Assembly (NCBI GenBank): GCA_000182565.2
Contig: KQ257456.1
Length of the DNA: 64,000 bases
Strand: one strand, 5' to 3'
Origin: Spizellomyces punctatus DAOM BR117
Lineage: Eukaryota
Shown: positions 53,151 through 64,000 of the stretch, piece after piece
Layout of the letters: every line of letters starts with the position of its first letter
How positions within the stretch are numbered: position 1 is the stretch's first letter
Position numbers and translations under genes: made by a program
Notes under the pieces: generated by a model
Seen by the model: the letters and a program-made list of their open reading frames with translations, nothing else
The model's database searches: none
What the model was told of the DNA's origin: nothing

Positions 53151-54128
53151 TCGGGTTGATTGATATTCTTTTTTTCTTACCGGATTCAAGATTTATTTTT
53201 TTGGGAATTGCTGAAAGGGCTGCGTAGTGGATGTTGTGCCCATTGAAATAAATATACCAGCTCGGCTGTAGTGATGGCGAGACAGAGATTCAACGCCCTG
53301 CGTTTTTGGAATCGTTGCCGTGCTTTACGTTTTGCGAGTCTATTGTTGTCTCTCACACATTTTGCCGGGGGCGAAGATGACTGTTATTCGAGTTCATATC
53401 CGAGGTCATAGTCTGATACTTGACAATGTCAATATAATGTACCAAATACACCAGGCTCGATTCTAAATTTTTCAAGACATTTCGTTCTCACTAACCTGCC
53501 TGCTACACTATTGAAGCTACATTGAACCGGGGGTATGAGAAATCCCACGACAACTGCGTCGTTACGGTCCATGTGCTGTAGGATGAGGACAAAAGGCCAC
53601 CGATCTTGCGAGATATTGTACTTCCGATACTGGCCAAGAGACATGTCAGGAAACAGGTCTGATGGAGTAGCAATCACCCATTCACCAAATGCATTTCATG
53701 ATCGAAAACAACTGGGTACTTCCTCCGTTCAATAAGCAAAGCTATTTATTTTCACTGCCTTGATCTCATCTTGTGAATTTGGGTGCAATCCGACAATTGT
53801 CTCCCAATTCCGACTTGTTCAAGTATAAACAATGATTATGTCACGCCTTATCCAATCCCCTCACGTGAACTGCGGCAAAAACGTGCCAGCGAAATCGGCA
53901 AAATGCATTTTCATTGGGTGATTTCCAATATTCCCGCTGGGCTTTTCTCACTGAACTCTCTCCGCCATTTTCTATTGCGTGTTTTTGCGTAACTCTTGAA
54001 CGGGATTTCCTCTGAAAGCTTTTGGCGAGGCGGCTTTCATCCTTTTCCTTTTTCCAACCGTCGTCTTCGCCTTGCAATCTCGCATCGACTACTCCCTCGA
54101 TTGACACACTGTAGACGACGCTTACAGT

Positions 54129-56201
54129 ATGCCGGCCATCCTTCTGAAAGTGAAGGGGCAGGACCACGAAAGCGAGTTTGCTCCCTTCGCCAATTTAGAC
54201 AATGGAGATGATTTTGCAACCACCTGGAAAACATGCACAAAGGTGGGTTGCATTATGAATAACACATGACTTGAGGAGTGTATTCACCGAACTTTGTGAT
54301 GCAGGTGAAGGACACTTTGGAGAATGGTTCTCGTTTAGAGAATCTCTCTTGGAGGTTGTGGCATCTGCATCAAGTCATGGTAGAAACCAAAAAGATGAAT
54401 CAAATGCAGTTTAAAAAGATTTCGTGCAAGACGACAAAGCGGTTTAGCGAAAAGGATTCTCAAGTGTCGCCGCGAAACGCTCCTGTACCACTCGCGAGAA
54501 AGGACCTGAATGCGCAGCCAAAACAGGTGGAACAAAAGCTGGTCTTTGCGGAAAGTCAAGCACAGCAGACCGCACTTTCTATTCTTCAAACACCCTCCGG
54601 TGTCACCGATTTTCTAGACCAGACGGACATGTCGAATGATTGGATGGATCTTGGAATTGCGATGGACTTTGGAAATGGTCTGCTAGATATGTGGAATGTG
54701 GAAACTGGTATTGGAAACTCAGGTGCAGACGCAGATATCGGATTGGCGAACATCGAAGACCTGCAATCGTCTCTGAGTTCCTCTGGTGCGCTGCCATCAC
54801 AAACCGGGAAGACCATGGATGCAACTATTATTCCGCACATTCAGGATGACTCATTCGGGGACAGCGCCTTGTCATGGGTGATGCAGACGGGGCCAGGTGC
54901 TAGTGCACCTCCGAACCAACAACGGATGGCAAACTGCAGTTCCACCACTTCCGTACCTGACTCTCTTGGGTCCACGCGCACAAACCTTTCTGCCAACTCA
55001 TCCATGCCATTAGATGTGAGAGTTGGAGAACCGCGGCAAGCTTCAAAGTACACCTATCCTGTAACTGGCGTTTCATCGAACTCTAAATCCGACATGTGCA
55101 CAGCTGCTCCCACCTCTTCCCCTTACCATGTCTCCAGTTCTTCCTCCCGTAATCCATCTTTTGGACGAGCGCAATGGTCTGTCCCTTCAACATCGAATCA
55201 AACATCGCTGCCACCCTCTGCACCGATGCACTCCCACGGCTATCAGCAGCCAATTTCAACTGGCTACAATTACGCACCAGCTACCACGGGGCTCACTCAA
55301 ACCGATTGGTCGTCCTATGGATATAGTCTTAATTCTGAGTCGTACTCTGTCTTGAAAAACGGTTCACAGTCAGATATGATTTCCGCATCAAAAGTCCCAA
55401 TTCAACAACCTGTATCTCAAGCGGTCGCCCCCTCATCTGCACCATTGTCTGTTCCACAACTCCCGCAGCCGACTGGAAAGAAACCAGCGCCTCGGCGATC
55501 AAGTTCTCGCCAATCTGCCGTTCCCACTCCATCCGCACCACGACCAAAAGCTGGCGGAGCAACTGCTGCATCTGGGGATGGAAAGTGCCAAAACTGTGCA
55601 GCAACATCAACACCATTGTGGCGCCGATCCGTCAATGACGAACTGTTGTGCAATGCTTGCGGATTGTACTTTAAATTGCACAATTCTCATCGACCAAAGT
55701 CAATGCGCCCTCGTGATCAGCGAAAGGATGCCGCTGGTCAAGTTCAGGAAGCTTGTTGCCACAATTGTCAAACAACCAAAACACCGCTTTGGAGAAGAGA
55801 TGACGAGGGGCATACCTTATGTAATGCCTGCGGTCTCTAGTGAGTGTCATTGTGCAGGGATTCTGATATGCTGTAACGACCAATTGACTAACATTCTGAA
55901 TACTTGTAGTCTCAAGCTGCACCAGGAGCAACGTCCCCTATCGTTAAAATCAGACATAATTCGCAAACGCCAGCGATACGAAACTGCCTCTGCGAGAACT
56001 GCAGCTGAAGGAACCGCGGACAAAAAGATGAAAATGGATGAAAATGGGCAGCAGTGGAATTCTGGTGTCGTATGGAATGGTGGTGTTAAAATCCCGGAAT
56101 CCCAGCCATCGCAGCAACAGTTGGGATATCAGTATGAGAGTCTCAAAGGATACCATGGCTTTGGAATGGAGTTTGGGAATGGTGGTCCGAGTGCGTTTTG
56201 A
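54129..56201 (+). CDS. GATA transcription factor with DUF1752 (AreA-type) N-terminal motif and two GATA zinc fingers
   Basis: [53 protein letters not shown]. Confidence 0.92.
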
Positions 56202-56332
56202 GGGGTTATCATGAATAGAAAGACATTCTGCTGTTTATATTTTGTGTTTGTATGATTTCAAAAAGTGTTCTTGTCAAATAGAATGATAAAGACCGTTACG
56301 TAATCACTTCCTTTTATGGGTAAATTTGGAAT

Positions 56333-56432
56333 NNNNNNNNNNNNNNNNNNNNNNNNNNNNNNNNNNNNNNNNNNNNNNNNNNNNNNNNNNNNNNNNNNNN
56401 NNNNNNNNNNNNNNNNNNNNNNNNNNNNNNNN
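56333..56432. other. Assembly gap (100 N)
   Basis: Run of n bases. Confidence 1.
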
Positions 56433-56703
56433 GGATGGAGGACAGTTGACTATTTTTTACGCACTTGTCGCCGCCGCACCGTCTTGCTGGCCCTCCCTAG
56501 GCCTCTCTCCACGTCTTGGCTCATCACAAAGCTGTCCGGGCTCTACCCGGACCTAGTGCTGAGTCCACGGTTTCACCCCTCTCACGTCACAGCCGCCACG
56601 ACTCCCCCCTCCCCCGTTTGCCAAGTCGCGCATGTTCCAACTCTAATTTAGACAAACCCAAGTTCACAGCAAAATCTCTCCTGAATTTCATAAACCGTCG
56701 AGA

Positions 56704-58023
56704 ATGATCTCCACTGTGAGTGACTATATTCTTGTCCCTCTGTTCCTTGTCGCGTGGCGATGGGGGACCTGGTTGCAGGTTGGTCAAGTCATTGCCTGGT
56801 GGGTGTTTAGTGGAGGTCAGGAGCGGACTGTGCAAGTTCAACAGTGGGTTATGGAAATGGTGGAAAGAATAAGAACGAGAGCAAGATTTCAGGGTATATC
56901 CGTGGGTGTGCAGACTGAAGCCGTGCAGAATGACAAGAAAGCGCCTGAGAAAGTTTCCGAGAATAAAGAGCGACCATTTTCCGTTTCTGGGGGGTCTGTT
57001 ATTGCACCTGCTTATCAATGCGAGAAAGGAGAGCAGGAGAAGAGGGTGGATGGGTCCAAAACGTATGCTGCCGGTGTACCTCCTATGTGGGATGTTGATT
57101 CATCATCGGATTCGAATTCGACTTTGGTGAATCCGGACGGGGATGTAGAGTGGAAGGAGGCGGTTGGGGTGCTTGCGGCTATGGCGGCGGCCGCTGCTGA
57201 TAAAGAAGATGAGAAGTCGCAATCTCTCCCATCGTCGGTGAAGAGTGAGCAAGTAGATGTGGAAGAAGATAAAGATGCCGAACTTTTAAGTTTTACGCAA
57301 AAGATTCGGCAAATGTACGGCCATGATCCGCTTCTCAAAACCTTTAGCGATGCCCACATTTCAAAATTCGTTGTTGGATCTGGTGCCTTTAGAACACGAG
57401 AGGAAGATGCTATAAAAGCCCTAGAATCTACACTTGAATGGCGGCGGAAGAATGACTATGATTCCCTCTTTACCGAAGACTTTTCGGACATTGAACGAAC
57501 CCGCAAACTCTATTTTCACCCTCACCCAACCAAAGATGGCCTGCCTATTTTGGTTTGGCGAGCGGCACGTCACGTCATGTGCAAGGACGAGCATGAATTG
57601 CAGCGAACAGTTCGATACCTGATTTCGGTGGTGGAAAAGGCCAAAAAGAGCGGAAAATTGGATACACGATTGACCCTGCTTATATCTCGTTTGGACATTC
57701 TCCCCCAAAACAAGGATCCAGCGCTACTCAAATTGCTCCTGTCAACATTCCAGACTCACTATCCTGATCATCTGGAGCGGTTGTACATATTTCCAAAGAC
57801 GGTCCTGCTGACTATTGGATGGAACGTTGCAAAAGTATTTTTGAGCTCTGACGTGCGTGGACGAGTGGAGATACTTGGTGGAGATTGGAGAGAAGTGGTC
57901 AGGAGGGAGGTTGGGGTGGATGGGCTGGGTGAGGAGGCTATGGAATCTAAATCGGGTAGTATTAAAGAAAAAGGCAAGGAAAAGGAATCTGAAGTAAAAA
58001 AGAGGTTTGGTGTCAAATGGTAA
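56704..58023 (+). CDS. CRAL-TRIO/Sec14-domain lipid-binding protein
   Basis: A..ALESTLEWR, KDGLPILV, FQTHYPDHLERLYI and W..AKVFLS motifs; 439-aa ORF. Confidence 0.85.
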   Translation: MISTVSDYILVPLFLVAWRWGTWLQVGQVIAWWVFSGGQERTVQVQQWVMEMVERIRTRARFQGISVGVQTEAVQNDKKAPEKVSENKERPFSVSGGSVIAPAYQCEKGEQEKRVDGSKTYAAGVPPMWDVDSSSDSNSTLVNPDGDVEWKEAVGVLAAMAAAAADKEDEKSQSLPSSVKSEQVDVEEDKDAELLSFTQKIRQMYGHDPLLKTFSDAHISKFVVGSGAFRTREEDAIKALESTLEWRRKNDYDSLFTEDFSDIERTRKLYFHPHPTKDGLPILVWRAARHVMCKDEHELQRTVRYLISVVEKAKKSGKLDTRLTLLISRLDILPQNKDPALLKLLLSTFQTHYPDHLERLYIFPKTVLLTIGWNVAKVFLSSDVRGRVEILGGDWREVVRREVGVDGLGEEAMESKSGSIKEKGKEKESEVKKRFGVKW

Positions 58024-58792
58024 TCTTGATAAACTGAGCACATACGAGTGCCATAGTATTTTTTGTATATTTTATGTAGTAGCATAATTAGGGATGGCCT
58101 CTCTCTCTATCTCTGTGCTTTGGTTGGGCCTTGTGCAGTTGCTGTTGTCGTCCTTTGACTGCCCTTTATTAGTGTTATTTTTTTTTTTTTTTCGTTCGTG
58201 CTTGTAGAATTAATTCAACTGATATGCCATTTCCTTTCCTGTATGATTACGATATCTTGGCGAAAAGCAACTTCTTCCTCCGTATTCCTCCGATGGCGAA
58301 GTCTTTTGACAGATACCTACTCCCTTCCCAGCACACTCTTAAACTCGTTTGAAATATGCTCAGTCTAAAACTCATTTCACACTTTTGTTTGCTTATCCAA
58401 AAATCTCTTGAATGTTGAAATGCGTGTTCACCAGACGAGTGGAATTTAAAATGAATTAAAACGCCGCAAGGGAATTTGAATCTGTGCCGCAGTCGTTGGC
58501 GCGCATCCCTTTGCGGCCAACCCCTTGTCTCAGCCCAACGTTTCAGATAACTAAACTGAAAGAACACTTTTTTCTTGTAAGTTGAACGAATCCCCAGTTT
58601 TAGAGAGCCGTGTGCTTTCCCCCTCCTCCTCCCCCCAAACTCCCTTCAATTACGGGCTTTAATGGTTTGAAAAGATAATTCCGTCTTCTGGTTTGGGGGA
58701 GGAGTTTTCTGTTTTTGTTTTGGACCAGTTTTTAGTCAGAAAAAAAAGAAAATCACAGAGGATTGTTTAAAAAAGAGTGGAGGAAAACGGAG

Positions 58793-58847
58793 CTTTTGAG
58801 CGGTAGTGTAAAGAGCGCGAGAGAGCGAGAGAGAGAGCGAGCGAGAC
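58793..58847. repeat. Imperfect (GA)n microsatellite upstream of the phosphatase gene
   Basis: AGAGCGCGAGAGAGCGAGAGAGAGAGCGAGCGAGA at about 58812-58847. Confidence 0.6.
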
Positions 58848-59347
58848 AAGGGAAGCAAACAAACAAAAGGCTTCCGACAAGTCTCGTTGTTGAGAGCGAA
58901 ACCAACGTACGGGAAAGGCCCCCAACAAAACTCGATTGCAGAGACGACAAGAAGGAATTGTCACACGAGAGCGATCTTTGGTCGGAAGGAAAACCCCAGC
59001 AAGAGCAAAGCAAGCAGAGTCCAAACAGCTGAAACCACAGAAACTTTCCAACAAGAAGAAGGTCTCTTTTTTCAGCTACCGCACGCACGCGCGCTCTCGC
59101 ACTTGTTCTCCTTCCCTCCGTTTTATTTTATTTGTTCAAAGTAATCGACCCCCCGTCATCGAACTTTTTACCACGGAGTGCTCCGCCAGAGGTACCATAA
59201 GAAGACGGAACAATCCATCGTCTGCCTCATCGCACACTTTTCCCTCCCATTGACTTGTACCATCGCTGGTCACTTAAAAAAACCTTCCAACCTCATACTC
59301 GTCGTTTGAAAAAGAAAAAGAAAACCAAAAAACCCCTTCAACCTCAA

Positions 59348-60112
59348 ATGGCAAATGCGATGGCTCCACTGTCTCCACCTTCGCCTCAATCCTATACAAC
59401 AACAACAACAACATCTCCCCGCTCTCGTTTACGGAATCACAGCAACTTGAAAATCAGTCTTCCCTGCTCTCTTGCCGGTCATCAAACCGAATTGAACACA
59501 CCGTCGTACACCACACCGTCTCCGACTCCGACCCCATCTTCTACGGAATCTCACCTAGCCCTCGGATCCATCACGCCCCCCGTTGAAGCAACAGATAATG
59601 GCTTTGAAGTCGAACTCTACGACCAAGGCCCTGCACTCATTTTACCCGGGCTATACCTTGGGTCCCACTACACATCGCAATCCCAGAGCACTCTTGCTCA
59701 ACTCGGTATCAAAGCGGTCCTCAACGTTGCTGAGGAGCTCGCCCCGCAAATAATACCACCGTCTACACCCAGCACAACAGTCTCCATGTACCCACCCTCA
59801 CCATCTACACCAACCGAAAGTACCTATCTCCACCTTCCGCTCTCGCACATCCCAGACACACTTGCCCCGCACATCCCCACCGCTATCAAATTCATAAACC
59901 AAGCCATAACGCAAGGCCACCCAGTGCTTGTTCACTGCTCCCAAGGCGTTTCCAGATCAGCAGCAATTGTCATTGCCTATGTCATGTGGGAGCGCGGATG
60001 GAATGTCCGTGACGCGTATATCTGGGTCAAAGAACGGGCCAACGGGATATGTCCAAGTGTCGGGTTTGTGGGTGTTTTGGTAGAGTGGGAACGGACTGGA
60101 ATGGCCATATAA
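59348..60112 (+). CDS. Dual-specificity (MAPK-type) protein phosphatase
   Basis: GPALILPGLYLGS, VLNVA, VLVHCSQGVSRSAAIVIAY, VKERA..ICP motifs; R..SNLKISL docking-like motif. Confidence 0.92.
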   Translation: MANAMAPLSPPSPQSYTTTTTTSPRSRLRNHSNLKISLPCSLAGHQTELNTPSYTTPSPTPTPSSTESHLALGSITPPVEATDNGFEVELYDQGPALILPGLYLGSHYTSQSQSTLAQLGIKAVLNVAEELAPQIIPPSTPSTTVSMYPPSPSTPTESTYLHLPLSHIPDTLAPHIPTAIKFINQAITQGHPVLVHCSQGVSRSAAIVIAYVMWERGWNVRDAYIWVKERANGICPSVGFVGVLVEWERTGMAI

Positions 60113-62019
60113 GACCATTTATTCATATTTGGATTCTATGAGCTTACCAAAACGTTTTTTATTTGTATATACATTTTGCACTTTCCCTTTTTTTTTGTAA
60201 ATAGTTTGGGGGAGCGGACAATCGAGTTTGTAGGGTTGGTTTGGATGATAATACCATTTGATGGACACGTACGCCATCTTTTTTTTAAACAGCTTTCCTT
60301 GTTTCCTTTTACATCTTGATCGCCTGTGATGACTCTATATTTGTCTCGTTGACTCTTGTTGCTGTCTGGCGGGATTCGCACGTCTGGAGAAAGACGAATG
60401 CTTTCGAGTGCTGATTGGCAGACAACTGCTGTCATTCCAATGACCACAGTCAAGACGTACCACGCTTTTGCCAAGATCCTCCATTTTTATACCGTCCTGA
60501 ATATCGTGCAATCGACATAGTAACTACCCAGAAAGGCGATATCCCTTAATTTGGACGCTGGAGTCGATCAGAACACTTGCCACGTTTTAATGGGCGGACA
60601 GATTGTCTACGCTGGTTGTTCCTAAGGAGATTTTCCCAAAACCCCTGCTCAATTTAAGAACAGCTAGTCATAGCTCAACAAAAGGTAAGCTCTTGCCCAT
60701 TTCTACATATTAGTCACTGTCTTTGACTATTCATCGGTTGGGGGTCAGCCATAAACTTGGGAGGTACAGCATGAGTAATCTAAGGATTCAAGAATGATCA
60801 AACATACTGTGCATTTGTGATTGTCCAGACAACCTGTGCAGAAATGCATGAACAAGTATGGGCACCAGTCAATATCATCAAGTTAATTCAAAAGTTTATC
60901 TTCATCGACCCAGTCATAGTTGTTATTTAAAGTGTGTAAAGTACGCAAAATTCGGTGGTCTAGCTTTGTTAAATAGATTTAATTTCACTACGATGGTAAA
61001 CTTTCCGTATGGTGGCTTTGATTGGAAAATGCCTGTAATGAACAGTACATGCAAAAAACTATTAGCCATTTTCCAGATCCTTTCTGTAGCAAGAACTGAA
61101 ACTGTAACTTCTTGAAGAGTTTTGGGATCAGATTCCCTGTGTTCAATAAAGATCTAAAGAATATCTTTGATATATACAAGTATTTTCGGATGCTACCTCA
61201 CATTCTTGGTCACGAATATTGTAATGACTGTACTGTGTCAAGCCAGATGGGTTAGTGTCTTGAACTATTCTAGTTCGGAATTCACATCTGCTCTTGCATG
61301 CACCCTTTCAGACGGAATGTCCCTTTTCCCTCCCCATCGTCGCGTAACGAAACTCCACAGCATCGAATTTCTGCAGGATAGCTACGTTTTGTTGCAAGCT
61401 TAGGTGATTGGGGCTTGACGTGAACGAGCTCAACAACGGTGTAGACCTACCATCTTGTGAATCCCACGATCATGGGTTAACCCTCAGACCATTAGATTTG
61501 TCGACTACTTTCACTCAAAAGTCACATCTGATGATTCAAGTAATTGTCATTGAAAATGACTCGGTCTATCGACAGCACAGCACAGCACAGCCTACGAACC
61601 TCCCCAACCCCAACAAAAAACCCCCCCGTTGCTTCAAAGAAAACATTTCGTTGCAATGAAATCAAATTGGCAAGTCCCGACTGCGTACGTAAGCAGCTCA
61701 CGCGTACGTGTCACGGCACAGTCATCAAACTTTATCCACGTGACAGCACACTTAAGTGTTCCTTTTGGCACTTTTATTAAACTTGGTTTCTGAAATTTGT
61801 TTTTGGCGACCAAAAAGGAGGGACCTTTGGCTTTATTTGCAATCAATTTGCGGAGAAGCTTGATGGGCGGAAGCGGCTACCGAAAAGCGGCTACAAGGAA
61901 TTGCAGGGAACCTCTTTTTTTATTTGAAAACTCTTAGTATCACTCCAATCCTACTGGCCGCCATTTACAACGGACATACGCTGCCTCATACAGAGTAGTT
62001 GAAGAAACCTGACAGCATC

Positions 62020-63574
62020 ATGTTGGCTGTACAAACAATGACACACGCAGCAAGTCTAACTCACGAAGAGATTCATGGGGCAGAAGCTGTAGAGGTTCCA
62101 GTGGTACACTTGAGTATCTCGAAAATACTGTCAGGGACAGTCACCGTTCCGGACCTACCCCACCTGGAAGCCACTGGCCAATACAAACTGTTAATCACAT
62201 CACTTTGCACGTTTGTACGAGATGACAAACGTATCTTCACTGATCCATGGGTGAAATCATGGTGTGCAAAGCGATGGCGGAACTTTTTCATCGTTGAGGC
62301 TGCAAAGGATCCGCGTTCGGTTACTTGGGCGACCTATGGGAATTGGATTCAGAATGCAGTGGGATTTGGTGATACGCGGTGTCCGGAGCAAAAAGTTGCC
62401 GAAAGATTCTTGAAGGGAACTGGACCAGAAGAGTGGATATGGGCAGTTCAAGGAGAGGAAAACATTTGGTCAGAGCAAGCAATGTCGTTACGGGGGGGCG
62501 TAGCACCCTTACCTCCCGTTCAGATGCCCGAATCCGTGGCAAAGGAAACGGGATGCATGTTTTGCCCTGGCTTGCTAAATGGCCTTGTACCTGTCCGTGC
62601 CTTTGACGAAGGATTCCCAGCTCTCGAACGCGACCACAACCTCTCCATCCTCCGTGTCGATGCCCACCCACTACGAGGCTGTCATGACAATATGGCCGAT
62701 TACATTAATGCCTTTAAACACGGAATCGGTCTCTCGGCTTCTTGCGCACCTCACATTTCCCCAGAACACGCATCCCTGAAAAAGTTTTGTATATCTTATT
62801 CGAAGGGAACACCCGATCTCCTGACTTTCCTCACTCAACACCCATCGTACGCGGAATCCATCACTTCCCTTTTTGTTTGGGCTGGGGCGGTGTATGGATC
62901 TTATATTGCGGACTCGGCAGCATCTCTCGTCACCAAGCTACCTGTTGATCATTCCATGGGTGCGCTAATACGGGCTGTGGATCTGCTATGTCCTGTGGTC
63001 GATTTAAGGAGGATTGGGCCTCTTTCCAGGATCAATGATATTCGGGCTACAGATGCTGTGAAATCGCTGATGACTGCGGAGCGAACTCAGTTCATGAAGG
63101 AGCATGGAGAAAAGTTTACATCAAAGGGTGGATGGGACAAGCCTATCTTTTGTGTAACGGGCAGTACTGTCCCAGAGGTGAATACTTGTCATTCGCCAAA
63201 GGTTTTACTCAACGTGGATCTGAACCTTGTTCTCTGTAGGACGTTCCATATTTCCAAGCTCCGGCAGCTCGTCAGCTGCGGATGTACGACAACAATAATG
63301 ACATGCAACTGACAACGCGACAAAGTCTTGTAGAGTCAGACATGGCCATCCACTTGGGCATTGTCAACGCAAATCACTGGGACATGAGGTACGACTTTTG
63401 GTAGATCTGTATCGCATCTTTCCCAAACACTGAACAACGATCATCTTCCTTAGTTTCTCAGAGTTTCCCATGATGCTCAAAGTTGGATCAAGCAAATTCA
63501 AACACCCGTTCCCAAAAACAGCCGCAGTCACAGCCATGTTCTATCTTGTAGCTGAGTTGGGACTATGTGATTAA
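62020..63574 (+). CDS. Alpha/beta-hydrolase-fold protein (multi-exon)
   Basis: PGLL oxyanion-loop-like motif, ISYSKG nucleophile elbow, AGAVYGS, NDMQL, NANHWD and C-terminal PFPK. Confidence 0.7.
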
Positions 63575-64000
63575 ACGATGGACGCTGCAAGAGTTTCTTG
63601 GGTAGGTATTGTACAGTTTGGTGGATTTTTATGGATATGTTCTTAGTTGCAGTAGTAGCATATTATCTTTATTATAATTATTACCGATGACGAACCTCAT
63701 AATAATAATGGTCAAAGGTCATCACTAACACAACGATCCCCTGCATACTGTCATCACGTTGGGGTCAGTAGGGTGAGATATGCATCGGCATTGCACAGTT
63801 GATCATTCTTTGGGTTCCTGTGCACCTCAGCCGACATGTTCAGGCTGGCTTCTTTTCAGAACATTGAAACCCCCATGCGCAATGATCCTGTGGGCTAAAC
63901 AGATAGGGTGTCACCTGAGCGTAAACAACAAGAAGGTTCCGAGTAGAGTGTGGGGCAATGTGTCCCCCTCTATATCCTCAAAAACCCCGGATCACATGTA

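Noticed and set aside
60400..61900. Short ORFs in an AT-rich intergenic stretch
   Set aside because: No motifs, repeats or terminal structures found by eye.

Overview
This is intron-rich eukaryotic DNA (short GT-AG introns, two assembly gaps). It most likely comes from a chytrid fungus close to Spizellomyces; this is inferred from gene content and from Fanzor-type elements. About 20 protein genes are recognisable: OMA1, S1/P1 nuclease, MINDY4, Asteroid, RSU1-like, reticulon, METTL6, TRM13, PAS-kinase-like kinase, a 7TM orphan, UVDE, PA-RING E3, ABCC transporter, Dbf2/Sid2, GT14, FAM72, a GATA factor, CRAL-TRIO, a dual-specificity phosphatase and an alpha/beta hydrolase, plus tRNA-Ser(GCT). 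Three accessory signals stand out. (1) Two non-autonomous Fanzor 'ghost' TIR elements (31035-31816 minus; about 50567-51417 plus) each sit behind a CATA motif and end in a ~75-nt omega-RNA scaffold followed by a flank-derived guide. No Fanzor ORF is in the window. Both ghosts also carry a TATA box, a conserved intron, a conserved structure just upstream of the omega-RNA, and a short ORF whose WCRGPRPPD motif differs only at silent sites. (2) Behind the tRNA is a ~900-bp mosaic built from pieces of two neighbouring genes, antisense 28S rRNA, a protein-primed DNA polymerase B and a GIY-YIG homing endonuclease. (3) An unassigned, highly base-paired ~340-nt region lies at 15308-15644. Gene boundaries were read by eye and are approximate.
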